Positions 19,188 to 28,541 of a stretch of DNA of 64,000 nucleotides are shown piece by piece. Numbering within the stretch: the first letter of the stretch is position 1; every line of letters starts with the position of its first letter. Source of the stretch: Ignavibacteriaceae bacterium (GTDB lineage: Bacteria > Bacteroidota > Ignavibacteria > Ignavibacteriales > Ignavibacteriaceae); the NCBI GenBank assembly GCA_023229425.1, contig JALNZG010000006.1:117130-181129 (forward strand), in the 5' to 3' direction. The translations under genes and the position numbers were made by a program. A model generated the notes under the pieces. That model worked only from the letters and a program-made list of their open reading frames with translations. It was not told where the DNA came from and made no database searches.

Positions 19188-21187
19188 CTAACGGAAAGAT
19201 ATAATGCACCGCTGTACTGCGATGCAACCGTATATGAGTTATTGGCAAAATTCAGATCAAATAAATTTTTTCTTTCCGGATCAATTACGGCAGAAAAGAC
19301 TTTGTTTGTAGTATGAAAAATAATTTTTTTAATTTTTTCTTTACCATTCCAAAAAGTTTTTAAAGTGTCCTTATCGGTATGGAGATCAATTTCTAACGGA
19401 ACAACCGCTTCCCCATCTCGTAAAATAACCACTTCGGCTTCCCGGTGATCCTTGGAAACATTAATTCCAAGTATCCGGTAGTCACACGTATAAGAATTTT
19501 CATAAAAACCTGTAATGAGCCACTCAATATTTTTATGAGTATATTTTCTCAAGACGGAAAAAAAATCTCCGGCAGTTGGATGCTGAAATTTATAAGTGTT
19601 AAAATATTGTCTTAGAATAAAAAACAGTTTCTGTTCCCCAAGATATTTTTCCAATGTAAAAAGGAAGAGCGCTCCCTTTGCATAAGAGACTGATTGATAG
19701 ACACTTTTATTTAAAAGACGAAAACTCGGATCGTTGAGAGAACCATACATAGCATAAGGGTAATATGCCGCCATCAAATCAGCTTCAAACGGTTTGGGAA
19801 TTTGCGTAAGTGTATAAATAAAGGGGATTCGTTCAATTGCAAGCAACTCCATTCCGGTTACCGGCAAATAACCGAAGAGTTTGAACGAAGCAAATCTCTC
19901 ACCATATTTTTTTTGCAATATTTTTTGCGAGACGTACTCGGCAAAACCTTCATCAAGCCAGGCTTCGGTAGTTTCATTATTGGCGAGTAAACCATAAAAA
20001 TATTGATGAGAAAATTCGTGAATAATTACTTCTTCAACAGCTTTCGTAAACTCCGGTGAAAAATAATCTTTAGAGAAAGTGAAAAGCGCGGGATACTCCA
20101 TCGCTCTTATCATTCCCGCTTTTGTCGGTGCATCTATTACTGTTAATGTTTTGTAAGGATATCTTCCGATATTTTTTTCAAAAAAAGAAAAAGCATTATT
20201 CACGGCATTGCAGATTCTCTCTCTACTCCCCTCATTTGTAGTTTGAAGAATGTAATGAACAGCAACTTCCGAATGATCTTTCCATTTGATCGTATCGGTA
20301 AAATCCAAAACATCTTTTGCTGCAAGCCAGGCGAAATCATGAATATTATTTTGAACTACTTTATACGTAGTGTTCTTCGATTCAACTTTTTTACTTATCA
20401 CTTCACCGGAAGAAGCAAGCACGAAACCATTGGGAATAGTTATTTCAAGCGAGTAGTTGGAGAAATCTGCATAGAATTCCGTGAAAGGATAATAAGGTTC
20501 ACAAACCCACCCCGCCTTGCCGGGCAGGCTTCCGTTTTCATACACTCCTAATTTGAGAAACCACTGAGCTAAGAAGAAAAATATTTCGTTTGCATCGTAC
20601 CCGAAACGGCTGTAAGCTTTGGGAATTTTTACTTCATACTCAAACGCAATTTCAAGCGAATCATTCTGATTTACCGGTTGATCTAAAACAATTTTAGCAA
20701 CCGTACTATCAAAACGATTATCTGTTCTGCCGGAAGAATAGTTTAACGATTTCTCCTGACCGTTTACCGTTACTTTATTGATATAAATATGAGAATGAGA
20801 ATTGTCCGGGATTCTTCTCCCGCTTAAAAATTCTGTCCGCTTATTGCTGAAAGCATTTGGGTAAAGATGAAAATAAAGTTCAGAAGTTGGAATATCTGAT
20901 GGATTTTTCCATTTTATTACTTGTGAAGCTTTGAGTAGTTTCTTCTGAACATCTAAAGAAACTTTAATTGAATAAGAAGAAAATACTTTTGCCGGTCGCT
21001 TTGTTTTAGCTCTAATTGAATCATCAACATTTACTTTTACAGTAACACTGTCACTTAAACTGCTTACAGCGTTTGTCTGCTTCTCTTGGTATTGAAAGAA
21101 AGCATAAAAAAGAAAAAGGGATATGAGTGCGATGTACTTCAATGATAACTGTGTTTTTAGTTTGAATAAAAAAGGGTGATCGCTCAC
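19136..21187 (-). CDS. M1 family metallopeptidase (aminopeptidase N-like)
   Basis: HEFSHQYFYG plus WLDEGFAEY (HExxH-18-E) and an N-terminal TM/signal. Confidence 0.8.
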   Translation of the reverse strand: MSDHPFLFKLKTQLSLKYIALISLFLFYAFFQYQEKQTNAVSSLSDSVTVKVNVDDSIRAKTKRPAKVFSSYSIKVSLDVQKKLLKASQVIKWKNPSDIPTSELYFHLYPNAFSNKRTEFLSGRRIPDNSHSHIYINKVTVNGQEKSLNYSSGRTDNRFDSTVAKIVLDQPVNQNDSLEIAFEYEVKIPKAYSRFGYDANEIFFFLAQWFLKLGVYENGSLPGKAGWVCEPYYPFTEFYADFSNYSLEITIPNGFVLASSGEVISKKVESKNTTYKVVQNNIHDFAWLAAKDVLDFTDTIKWKDHSEVAVHYILQTTNEGSRERICNAVNNAFSFFEKNIGRYPYKTLTVIDAPTKAGMIRAMEYPALFTFSKDYFSPEFTKAVEEVIIHEFSHQYFYGLLANNETTEAWLDEGFAEYVSQKILQKKYGERFASFKLFGYLPVTGMELLAIERIPFIYTLTQIPKPFEADLMAAYYPYAMYGSLNDPSFRLLNKSVYQSVSYAKGALFLFTLEKYLGEQKLFFILRQYFNTYKFQHPTAGDFFSVLRKYTHKNIEWLITGFYENSYTCDYRILGINVSKDHREAEVVILRDGEAVVPLEIDLHTDKDTLKTFWNGKEKIKKIIFHTTNKVFSAVIDPERKNLFDLNFANNSYTVASQYSGALYLSVRWFFWIQNLLMIFGGLS

Positions 21188-21412
21188 CCTTAATGTAAAA
21201 ATATGGAGAAAATTTTTATTTTACCAACTCATATCTTTCGTTCTCAATTTGAAAGAAAGGTTCTTTCAAGCGGAAAAACCTAGTTCGTGGCTTTTATGTG
21301 ACTCAATCCTCCTTCAGTTAATACGTTTAACCGCATCTAATTCACTCACAACCAATGGACCTGTACAGTCACTGGCGGGACTATTTATTTATTAGAGAGG
21401 TTGTGTTTCGTG

Positions 21413-22306
21413 TTAAAATAATGTAGTACCGACTAATACTTTAAACATAACTAAATTATTTGAACTAAAGGATCCAGGTTTAATGACACCTCCAGAATTA
21501 ATCGGTTCAAACACAACTGAAGAATTTATATTCATGAAATCAAAGATATTAAGTCCACATCCTAAATAGATGTTTGAATAGAAACAGAAGAAAGTATGCT
21601 TATCTTGCACTTTCAACTGCCATTGCGCTATGTTTGCATCCCAATATTGTCCGTTGGCAATACCTAATCCAAAACCATAAAATAAATTAAAAAATGATTT
21701 ATTTGAAAAGTAATACTTTCCATCAATTCCCCACTTTAACTCATTGGCACGATGCTCTGTTCCATCCCACCTAGCAAATTCTAAACTTAAAGCTAAAACC
21801 TCAGGAAATGCCTTAATATCAGATTCAGTCTTCACAGTTATTGCATTAGTCAGTGAAAATTTCTTAGCTGTATTTGTAGAACTGACCCCGAAATTATAAC
21901 CATATTTTCCTGATTTATGATAAAAAGTATCATCTCCTTTTCTTGTTTTTTCATCTACATTTCCTTTATAGATACCATACACTGTACCTGAAATGAGACC
22001 AATAAAACCTCCGATTATTGGCATTGCCATAAATCCTATTCCCATTTCATCTTGAGTATCTCCCCTCAAAACTGAAATAGAGTATAAACTAAAAGCAGTT
22101 GCTGCTCCAATACTGCTATGTTGAATTATATATTTTATTGGTTGGCTTAACTTATATTTAAGACCATATACATCATACAAAGCAGTATCTGATTGCGATA
22201 CTTCGTTTTTTCTCATTGGAGTATCAGAAATTATTTCGTTTTGTGCATGCAATATCATTGTGAATACAACAAATACGAGAAAATATTTTATCATAATTTG
22301 ACTCAT
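21413..22306 (-). CDS. hypothetical secreted protein, possible outer-membrane beta-barrel
   Basis: Signal peptide, Gly/aromatic-rich alternating pattern, C-terminal ...VGTTLF. Confidence 0.45.
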   Translation of the reverse strand: MSQIMIKYFLVFVVFTMILHAQNEIISDTPMRKNEVSQSDTALYDVYGLKYKLSQPIKYIIQHSSIGAATAFSLYSISVLRGDTQDEMGIGFMAMPIIGGFIGLISGTVYGIYKGNVDEKTRKGDDTFYHKSGKYGYNFGVSSTNTAKKFSLTNAITVKTESDIKAFPEVLALSLEFARWDGTEHRANELKWGIDGKYYFSNKSFFNLFYGFGLGIANGQYWDANIAQWQLKVQDKHTFFCFYSNIYLGCGLNIFDFMNINSSVVFEPINSGGVIKPGSFSSNNLVMFKVLVGTTLF

Positions 22307-22398
22307 TCAGAATACCAATACACAAAAACTAACGGCATGTTATGTTAAAACCCAATACTGCCGCATTTATTATTTATAGATTTCCACTCACACTCTAC

Positions 22399-22502
22399 TT
22401 TTATTGATCCTCTACGATGTTTTAATTTTGACCTCGTAGAGGTCATATTATTGTAAAAACCAAAGCACTCACAAGGAGTAATCCTCGTAGAGGATTTATA
22501 AA
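22399..22502. repeat. REP-like hairpin array, left copy
   Basis: TTTTGACCTCGTAGAGGTCATATTATTGTAAA (22426-22457) and TAATCCTCGTAGAGGATTTATAAA (22479-22502) are repeated exactly at 23140-23171 and 23195-23218. The cores are CCTC-GTA-GAGG palindromes. Confidence 0.9.
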
Positions 22503-22523
22503 CGCTTGCATTGTCAAGCACGG

Positions 22524-23000
22524 TTAATCAAAAAAATCAAACAAATATTTTTCATCATAAGCTATCTCAAACTTTTTAAGCAGTTCCGTATATTCCTGTC
22601 GGAAGGTTCTTTTTGTATGATGAATTTCTTGTTTAGCTATATAATTGTAAATAGTATCTAATTGGGATTTGCCGTATGAGAAAGCTCCATACCCCTCTTG
22701 CCAATGAAATTTTCCTCTGAACCAATCCTTCTGGTTTATAAATGTAGATGAATCCCTTTTTATACACGCTACAAGATCTGATATTTTATCATTGGGATTT
22801 AATCCTAATAATATATGAATATGATCTGGCATTCCGTTTATTATAAGGGATTTATGTTTTCTGTTTGTTATTATCCCGCTGATATAGCTGAATACTTCTC
22901 CTCTGATCTCCTTCCTTAATAATCGCTCCCGATACTTTACCGCAAATACCAAATGAGTATAGAGTTGTGTAAATGCGCCTGGTTTCATATTAAGCTCCAT
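22524..23000 (-). CDS. IS200/IS605-family Y1 (HUH) transposase, RAYT-like
   Basis: HUH motif MPDHIHILL. C-terminal WQEGYGAFSYGKSQLDTIYNYIAKQEIHH carries the catalytic-Tyr YIxxQ context. 158 aa. Confidence 0.85.
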   Translation of the reverse strand: MELNMKPGAFTQLYTHLVFAVKYRERLLRKEIRGEVFSYISGIITNRKHKSLIINGMPDHIHILLGLNPNDKISDLVACIKRDSSTFINQKDWFRGKFHWQEGYGAFSYGKSQLDTIYNYIAKQEIHHTKRTFRQEYTELLKKFEIAYDEKYLFDFFD

Positions 23001-23226
23001 TTTATTGATCCTCTACGAGGATCAATTCTTTAAGATTACACGTTATTACCATAATTAAACATCTACGATGTTTTAACACATGTTCAATTCGTTTTTGTTG
23101 TTGTGTTCCATCTTCTATCATTATAATTCCGTACTGTAATTTTTGACCTCGTAGAGGTCATATTATTGTAAACAATAACTCTCTCGAAATATTTAATCCT
23201 CGTAGAGGATTTATAAATCATAGTAT
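23001..23226. repeat. REP-like hairpin array, right copy
   Basis: TTGATCCTC-TAC-GAGGATCAA (23005-23025), AACATC-TAC-GATGTT (23059-23073), GACCTC-GTA-GAGGTC (23145-23159), ATCCTC-GTA-GAGGAT (23197-23211). Confidence 0.9.
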
Positions 23227-23489
23227 CTAATTACACCTCCGCAAATTCATTCCTATATCATTAGAAATCTCTCGAGTTAAAAGGGAACACCATTGTACAA
23301 TAGAAACAAATAACATTTTATCTAAGCACCCGTATTTGCGGAATGTCAGTGGAATTTATTTTTCTCTTGCCTGCCCGACTTTGGCGGAAATCAGTATTGT
23401 ATTACAAACACACTTTTAAGAACAACTTTCCGCCGCGGCGGATTGAAAACAAACTTTATAATTACACAATTGCCACACTAAAAAACAGT

Positions 23490-24182
23490 TTACCCACCTT
23501 TGTTAGTAGCCACTACCATAATTGGATCCCCTTGATTGTATAAATAGTATTCTTGTCTAACAATTCCTATTTCGCTAATGTAAGTGACTAAAAATGTATT
23601 CTGAAAAACATGAATATTGTTAAGACTATCTTTTTCGTAATAATTGTCTTTAGAAACATACTTATTACAAATAAATTCACCCGCCGGTACATTTATTTGA
23701 CTATTCAATGAAGTCACTTGCATGGTATCGGCTATAACTTTATTAAAGGCAGAAGAATATCCTGGATTTACTTCGTATTGGGTATTAAGGGTTACATGAT
23801 ATTTATATAAAAGTACCGAAGTATCTCGACTCTCGTACTTTGCTGTTCTTTGATATTTTATTCTTTCGAAATAGCCTTCACTCTTTTCAATTGCCAGAGT
23901 CCGGAACGTCGTTAATGGTTCGGATATCTCCGAGTGAATAATAGAATATCGTTCACCATCGATTATTGTATCACTCAATACCCTTACAGCAAAACTCAAT
24001 TGTTTAGTTGAATTATTTGTGAGATCATAAACGTACATGTCATACGTCCACATATTGCCAATTATAAGATTCATCTTTAGCGAGGCATTTGGTACAATTT
24101 TACTATCCGCCGGATTATTGCTACATTTTTGTAGAGTTAATCCGAGTAAGACAATACTCAAAATTATAATTTTATGTTTCAT
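23490..24182 (-). CDS. hypothetical secreted protein/lipoprotein
   Basis: Signal peptide MKHKIIILSIVLLGLTLQKCS. No recognisable domain. Confidence 0.5.
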   Translation of the reverse strand: MKHKIIILSIVLLGLTLQKCSNNPADSKIVPNASLKMNLIIGNMWTYDMYVYDLTNNSTKQLSFAVRVLSDTIIDGERYSIIHSEISEPLTTFRTLAIEKSEGYFERIKYQRTAKYESRDTSVLLYKYHVTLNTQYEVNPGYSSAFNKVIADTMQVTSLNSQINVPAGEFICNKYVSKDNYYEKDSLNNIHVFQNTFLVTYISEIGIVRQEYYLYNQGDPIMVVATNKGG

Positions 24183-24310
24183 CCTAAAAAAATCTCCATC
24201 AATGCAACAAATTACAAGTTGTTAAACTCCAACACTGCCCTATTAATTATTTAATAATTTATTGTTCTTTTGTTTATCCGCATCGGTGGATGCAGCTAAC
24301 TACTTTACTT

Positions 24311-24344
24311 CTAATTCGTAATTCCTAATTTCTAATTCCTAATT
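24311..24344 (-). repeat. heptamer array embedding the stop codon of the GHL10 gene
   Basis: ctaattc|gtaattc|ctaattt|ctaattc|ctaatt, period 7. The stop at 24343-45 lies inside the array. Confidence 0.8.
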
Positions 24345-26718
24345 ATCTCAAAAAGATCATCTTCTTCGTATCATGATATTTTCCGGCGCGGATAGTATAA
24401 AAATAAACTCCGCTTGGAACATGATTATTAAGTGAATCAATCCCGTTCCATTCAACAGAATATTTTCCGGGAGATATATCTTCACTTACTAATGTTATAA
24501 CTTCGCCTCCCAGCATATCATAAATTCTTACTTCCACATATTCCGGCAAAGGAATTGCAAACCCGATAGTTGTTGAAGGATTGAATGGGTTAGGATAATT
24601 TTGTGAAAGTTCATAAAAATCCGGTAAAATATGTTCGTCTTCAACTTTAACTGTAGGTTGCGTTTTGAATCCAAAGGTAGAAGACCACAGACTTGTTCCA
24701 TATTGATTCATAGCAGCAACGCGCCAGAAATAATTTTTATTCAATACTAACTTTGAGAGCGAAAGAGTTGTATCAACTAAAACCGTATCAAGCAAAGTCG
24801 TTTGCGGTGTAATAGTTATGCTTGATGCAAATTGGAACCTGTATGAAGTCGCAACGTTTGATTTAGCCCATTTGAATGTTGGACTAAGTGAGACACCTAT
24901 GCTTGCGTGAACCGGTTCAAGCAAGGTTATTGCAGCCGGGAAACCGGTAGTGAAATTGAACGTTGAAGAATAACTGCTTTCTCCGGCTGGATTTGAAGCT
25001 TTTGCACGCCAATAATATTTTTTTAATCCCACCATCCCTGTCAATTTAAAAGAAGTATCCGTTAAAACGCTGTTGGCAAACAAGGTTCCTGTAAAAGCTT
25101 CGTTATCAGCTACCTGTAATTGATATTGAAAAGCATCTTTTGCATAATTCCATACCAACTTTATCGTATCTCTTTGATTAGTTCCATCATTTAAAGGATT
25201 AGCCAACACCGGAACAGGCGGTGGTAAAAGTTGAACCAAATTAGAAAGACCGCTTTCATTCCCGGTTCTATCTAATGCAGTTACTCCGAAAAAAAGATCT
25301 CCCTGTGTAGAAACAAGATTTTTCGGAGCGATCTGTTTTAGCGAGGTGATATCTATAATATTTTGGTTATCATCTAATTCAGATTGCAAAGGATTTGCCG
25401 AAGAAAACTTATACAAAACATAAAAGAAAGAAGAATCACCATCCATATCAAGTGTCCCTTTCTCCCAAACAAGTTTGTTTACGGAAGTTGCTGCATCTCT
25501 TTCTAAGCGCAAATTATTTGGAGCCATCGGCGGATTATTCACTTTCCAATTCATAATCGGAGTTAATGAAGGATATTTGTACAACGTGTTTCTCAAAGAA
25601 TCTGTAAATCCTAACCGATTCTCTAAAGTTGAACTAGTATTATATAAAACACTTCCCTGGCAAAAATTATCTGTCCGGTTTAGGCGGATCTGTCTTGGAA
25701 GTTCGTTAGCGTTAAAGGGATTGTTGATACGATAAACTGCATGACCAACGTACATGTGTCTTCCGTTAGCGCCGGCTGAGTCTGCCCACCAGGGCATTAA
25801 TTTGCCGTAATCTTGTCCGCCGCCAAATGCCCAATAAAGTTGCGGATTAATATAATCAATAGATTTAGCATGCAGCCACGCCATAGCATCGCAATAAATA
25901 GACTCATAATTATCATTCCCCGAAATTCCTGATGGATAATTTGGACGCCAAATTCCACGAGGACTTATTCCCCATTTAACAAAAGATTTAACTGCAGTGA
26001 TGCTATCACTTATCATTTTTACAAGTGTATTTACATTATTTCTGCGCCAGTCCGCAAGACCAAGACCTGAATTGTATGCAGCATAGGTTGCTGCATCATC
26101 AGTTGTTAGCATACCATCAAGGTAAAAATAATCGTCAAAATGAATACCGTCCACATCATATCGTTTCACAACATCCATGATAACAGAAAGCACATATTCT
26201 CTCACTTGAGGAATACCAGGATTAAGTATTTTTATAGGTGGATTAGTCCCTTTGGTGATTATCCACTCAGGATGCTTTTTCGAAACGTGATTACCTGAGA
26301 TTGTATAATTTCCAACACTTTTTTCAGCACGGTAAGGATTGAACCAGGCGTGCAATTCCATTCCCCGTTTGTGTGTTTCGTCAATTGCAAATTGCAGCGG
26401 GTCATAATATGGACTCGGCGCACTTCCTTGATTTCCGGTTAACCAATAAGACCAAGGTTCGATTGATGAATTATAAAGAGCGTCACATTCCGGTCTTATT
26501 TGAAACATAACTGCATTCACATTTACAGTTTTAAGTCCATCTAAAATATTGATCAAAGCTTGCTTTTGGGATTCTGATGAAGCTCCTCTTGTGGGCCAGT
26601 CGATATTTGTTACGGTGGCTATCCAGGCGCCTCTAAATTCACGTTTGGGTACAAATGTTTGAGCAAAAGTTGAGAGACTAAAGACGAGAAGTGACAGCAG
26701 TAGAATTATTTTTTTCAT
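24343..26718 (-). CDS. glycoside hydrolase-like family 10 (DUF187/YngK-like) protein with Fn3-like repeats and T9SS type-A C-terminal sorting domain
   Basis: FRGAWIATVTNIDWP...MELHAWFNPYR is typical of the GHL10 fold. C-terminus reads NYPNPFNPSTTIGF...GVYFYTIRAGKYHDTKKMIFLR. Confidence 0.8.
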   Translation of the reverse strand: MKKIILLLSLLVFSLSTFAQTFVPKREFRGAWIATVTNIDWPTRGASSESQKQALINILDGLKTVNVNAVMFQIRPECDALYNSSIEPWSYWLTGNQGSAPSPYYDPLQFAIDETHKRGMELHAWFNPYRAEKSVGNYTISGNHVSKKHPEWIITKGTNPPIKILNPGIPQVREYVLSVIMDVVKRYDVDGIHFDDYFYLDGMLTTDDAATYAAYNSGLGLADWRRNNVNTLVKMISDSITAVKSFVKWGISPRGIWRPNYPSGISGNDNYESIYCDAMAWLHAKSIDYINPQLYWAFGGGQDYGKLMPWWADSAGANGRHMYVGHAVYRINNPFNANELPRQIRLNRTDNFCQGSVLYNTSSTLENRLGFTDSLRNTLYKYPSLTPIMNWKVNNPPMAPNNLRLERDAATSVNKLVWEKGTLDMDGDSSFFYVLYKFSSANPLQSELDDNQNIIDITSLKQIAPKNLVSTQGDLFFGVTALDRTGNESGLSNLVQLLPPPVPVLANPLNDGTNQRDTIKLVWNYAKDAFQYQLQVADNEAFTGTLFANSVLTDTSFKLTGMVGLKKYYWRAKASNPAGESSYSSTFNFTTGFPAAITLLEPVHASIGVSLSPTFKWAKSNVATSYRFQFASSITITPQTTLLDTVLVDTTLSLSKLVLNKNYFWRVAAMNQYGTSLWSSTFGFKTQPTVKVEDEHILPDFYELSQNYPNPFNPSTTIGFAIPLPEYVEVRIYDMLGGEVITLVSEDISPGKYSVEWNGIDSLNNHVPSGVYFYTIRAGKYHDTKKMIFLR

Positions 26719-26941
26719 GACCGATTCGCTTTTATTGAAATGTTTTATACAAAAATAAAGAATTAATCGTTAAACTACTACCATCGCTTTAGTGGCAAGT
26801 TAAAAGTAGAATGAGAAGAAAAAAAATGAGTTGATAAAACAGATTTGTCTTTTTGCCATTGTTCTCTAAAAGATTTATACTGAAATTAGAAGTGAAAATT
26901 TTTAGGTTTAACTAATCCCGGAAAAACGAAATCTTAATTAC

Positions 26942-27346
26942 ATGAAAAATATTCTCAATATAATATCCATATTTTCGATAATTCTTTTTGCTTTTATCGG
27001 TGGGTGTAAAGATACGGTAACAAATCAGCAAGTTGACGATACCATAATTCCGGCTTCAAATGTTTTATTCGGTAAACATATTCAGCCTATTTTTACAGTG
27101 AAGTGTACGAGTTCAGGTTGTCATGATGATGAAACTCGTGCAGGAAGTTTAAGTTTAACAAGTTGGACGAATGCACATATTCCGGGAATTATTAACGATT
27201 ATGAGCCTGCAACTTCGCGGTTAGTCTGGGCGATTGAAGGGCAATTAGGTTCAAACAGTATGCCTCCGTTTGGCTATCCCGCTTTAACGCAAAATCAAAT
27301 TGAGGGAATCATAACCTGGATAAAAGAAGGAGCGAAAAATAATTAG
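26942..27346 (+). CDS. small lipoprotein with PSCyt1-like (planctomycete cytochrome-c-like) domain
   Basis: Lipobox FIGGC. IQPIFTVKCTSSGCH...SLSLTSW...SRLVWAIEG...MPP...LTQNQIEGIITWIKEGA matches the PSCyt1 pattern, but with CX4CH instead of CXXCH. Confidence 0.5.
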   Translation: MKNILNIISIFSIILFAFIGGCKDTVTNQQVDDTIIPASNVLFGKHIQPIFTVKCTSSGCHDDETRAGSLSLTSWTNAHIPGIINDYEPATSRLVWAIEGQLGSNSMPPFGYPALTQNQIEGIITWIKEGAKNN

Positions 27347-27371
27347 GAATTAGGAATTACGAATTAGGATT
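27341..27371 (+). repeat. heptamer array embedding the stop codon of 26942..27346
   Basis: aattagg|aattagg|aattacg|aattagg|att. The stop TAG at 27344-46 lies inside the array. Confidence 0.8.
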
Positions 27372-27467
27372 GAAAATTTATAGAGTAAATAAACTTCATA
27401 ATTCAATATTCTCTGTTCGGTATTCAAATTAAGAACTTTGCTCTTTACTGTACAATTCAACTCAAAT

Positions 27468-27520
27468 CTCCTAATTCCTAATTCTCACCGTGTCCGCCTC
27501 TGGCGGAATTCCTAATTCTA
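27468..27520 (-). repeat. composite 3' element: heptamers plus TCCGCC-TCT-GGCGGA mini-hairpin plus heptamers, embedding the stop of 27518..27892
   Basis: ctcctaattcctaattctc (27468-86), hairpin at 27493-27507, aattcctaattcta (27507-20). Confidence 0.75.
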
Positions 27521-27892
27521 CAAAATGTATTTGCCGATCAACTTGCTAAAAGCCACAATATCAAATCCACCGGTAATGTCAAAGTGTATTGGACCAATTG
27601 AGCTTACGAAAATTTCAAGTTCACAATCCAAATCAATTAAGCCGGCAGTTTCAACTGAAAAAGTTTGGATTCGGCTGTATGGGATTGAAGTAAAGTCAAT
27701 TTTCTTCCCGGTTATTCCTTGCACATTTGCCGCTATTATTCGTTTGTCGGTAAAGACGAGCTGATCTCTTACCGTTTTAAAAGCAGCAAAAACATTTTCA
27801 TCATCAAGAAACATTTTGTGCATAATGTCGATGATCTCTTCAATCTTAATTGGTTTCAACTTAAGGAACGTAGCATTTTTGAAATCTATCAT
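27518..27892 (-). CDS. bacterial PH domain protein (YokE-like)
   Basis: LVFTDKRIIAANVQGITGKKIDFTSIPYSRIQTFSVETAG...ELEIF matches the bPH/YokE-like pattern. Confidence 0.6.
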   Translation of the reverse strand: MIDFKNATFLKLKPIKIEEIIDIMHKMFLDDENVFAAFKTVRDQLVFTDKRIIAANVQGITGKKIDFTSIPYSRIQTFSVETAGLIDLDCELEIFVSSIGPIHFDITGGFDIVAFSKLIGKYIL

Positions 27893-28116
27893 AACAAATC
27901 TCCTTTGTTCTAAAATCTCTCACTATTTTGAGTGCAATATAATAATCCTCCGTGATAATTGAATTCCAATTTGGCACACACTTCAAAGGTAACTGAACGC
28001 TCGTCACGCATCAGCGTGATTGCCTGCGATGGAAATAATAATCGCCAAACATAGGAAGCCGTTAAGACTGCTCAGTTTCAATTATCTAAACAAATAGAAC
28101 GACAATAATTAAGAAT

Positions 28117-28209
28117 GAGTTATTGTTCATCCTAAAAAATCACTCAACAATTTCAAAAGACGGAAAGCTGAACTTTGGCAGGACGAAAAAGATGATCTTA
28201 ACGAAATAA
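28117..28209 (+). pseudogene. orphan T9SS CTD tail fragment (no start, no N-terminal half)
   Basis: Translates to ELLFILKNHSTISKDGKLNFGRTKKMILTK*. This is homologous to the last strands of the intact CTDs in this window. An in-frame stop lies at 28087. Confidence 0.6.
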
Positions 28210-28380
28210 TGTTTCGAGAAGTTCTATTCCATCAGCCCCCTTCGCCTTTATTCCTTTCTAATGATAAGCACAAAGAGATTTTGTGAGCAGCACGAATGTA
28301 AAGTTGAACAGAAAACCAGAAGTTGGGAAGGCAGAAGTGAAAGTTGACATAGAATATATTTTTAAATTATCTTGATTTTA

Positions 28381-28480
28381 GAGTAAATTAGTTTTAGGTT
28401 AATACTATAAATTAGACAAGGAAAATAACTTAGGGAAAAGTCACTTGGATGGATGTTTAATAATTGGTATAAAAAAACTT
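28381..28480 (+). other. conserved leader-like element, copy 2 (paralog of 7911..8022)
   Basis: Same core GGAAAAGTCACTTGGATGGATGTTTAA. Located about 100 nt upstream of the ATG at 28542. Confidence 0.6.
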
Positions 28481-28541
28481 CTAAAGAGATTCTACCCTCT
28501 TTCATGTTATTCTATTATTGTAAATCAAGAACGAAAAACAA

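Larger units (their letters stand above)
22399..23226 (-). mobile_element. IS200/IS605-family Y1 transposase unit with flanking REP-like hairpin arrays (RAYT-like or IS200-like)
   Basis: A 158-aa HUH/Y1 gene lies between two directly repeated hairpin clusters (22399-22502 and 23001-23226). Confidence 0.75.

Noticed and set aside
28381-28541. The conserved element upstream of the pseudokinase was considered as a decayed kinase N-lobe (LGKSHLDGCLIIGIKKLL vaguely like GxGxxG...VAIK).
   Set aside because: The spacing is incompatible with a real Gly-loop/VAIK pair, and stops occur in all frames. The homologous copy at 7911-8022 precedes an unrelated non-kinase gene.
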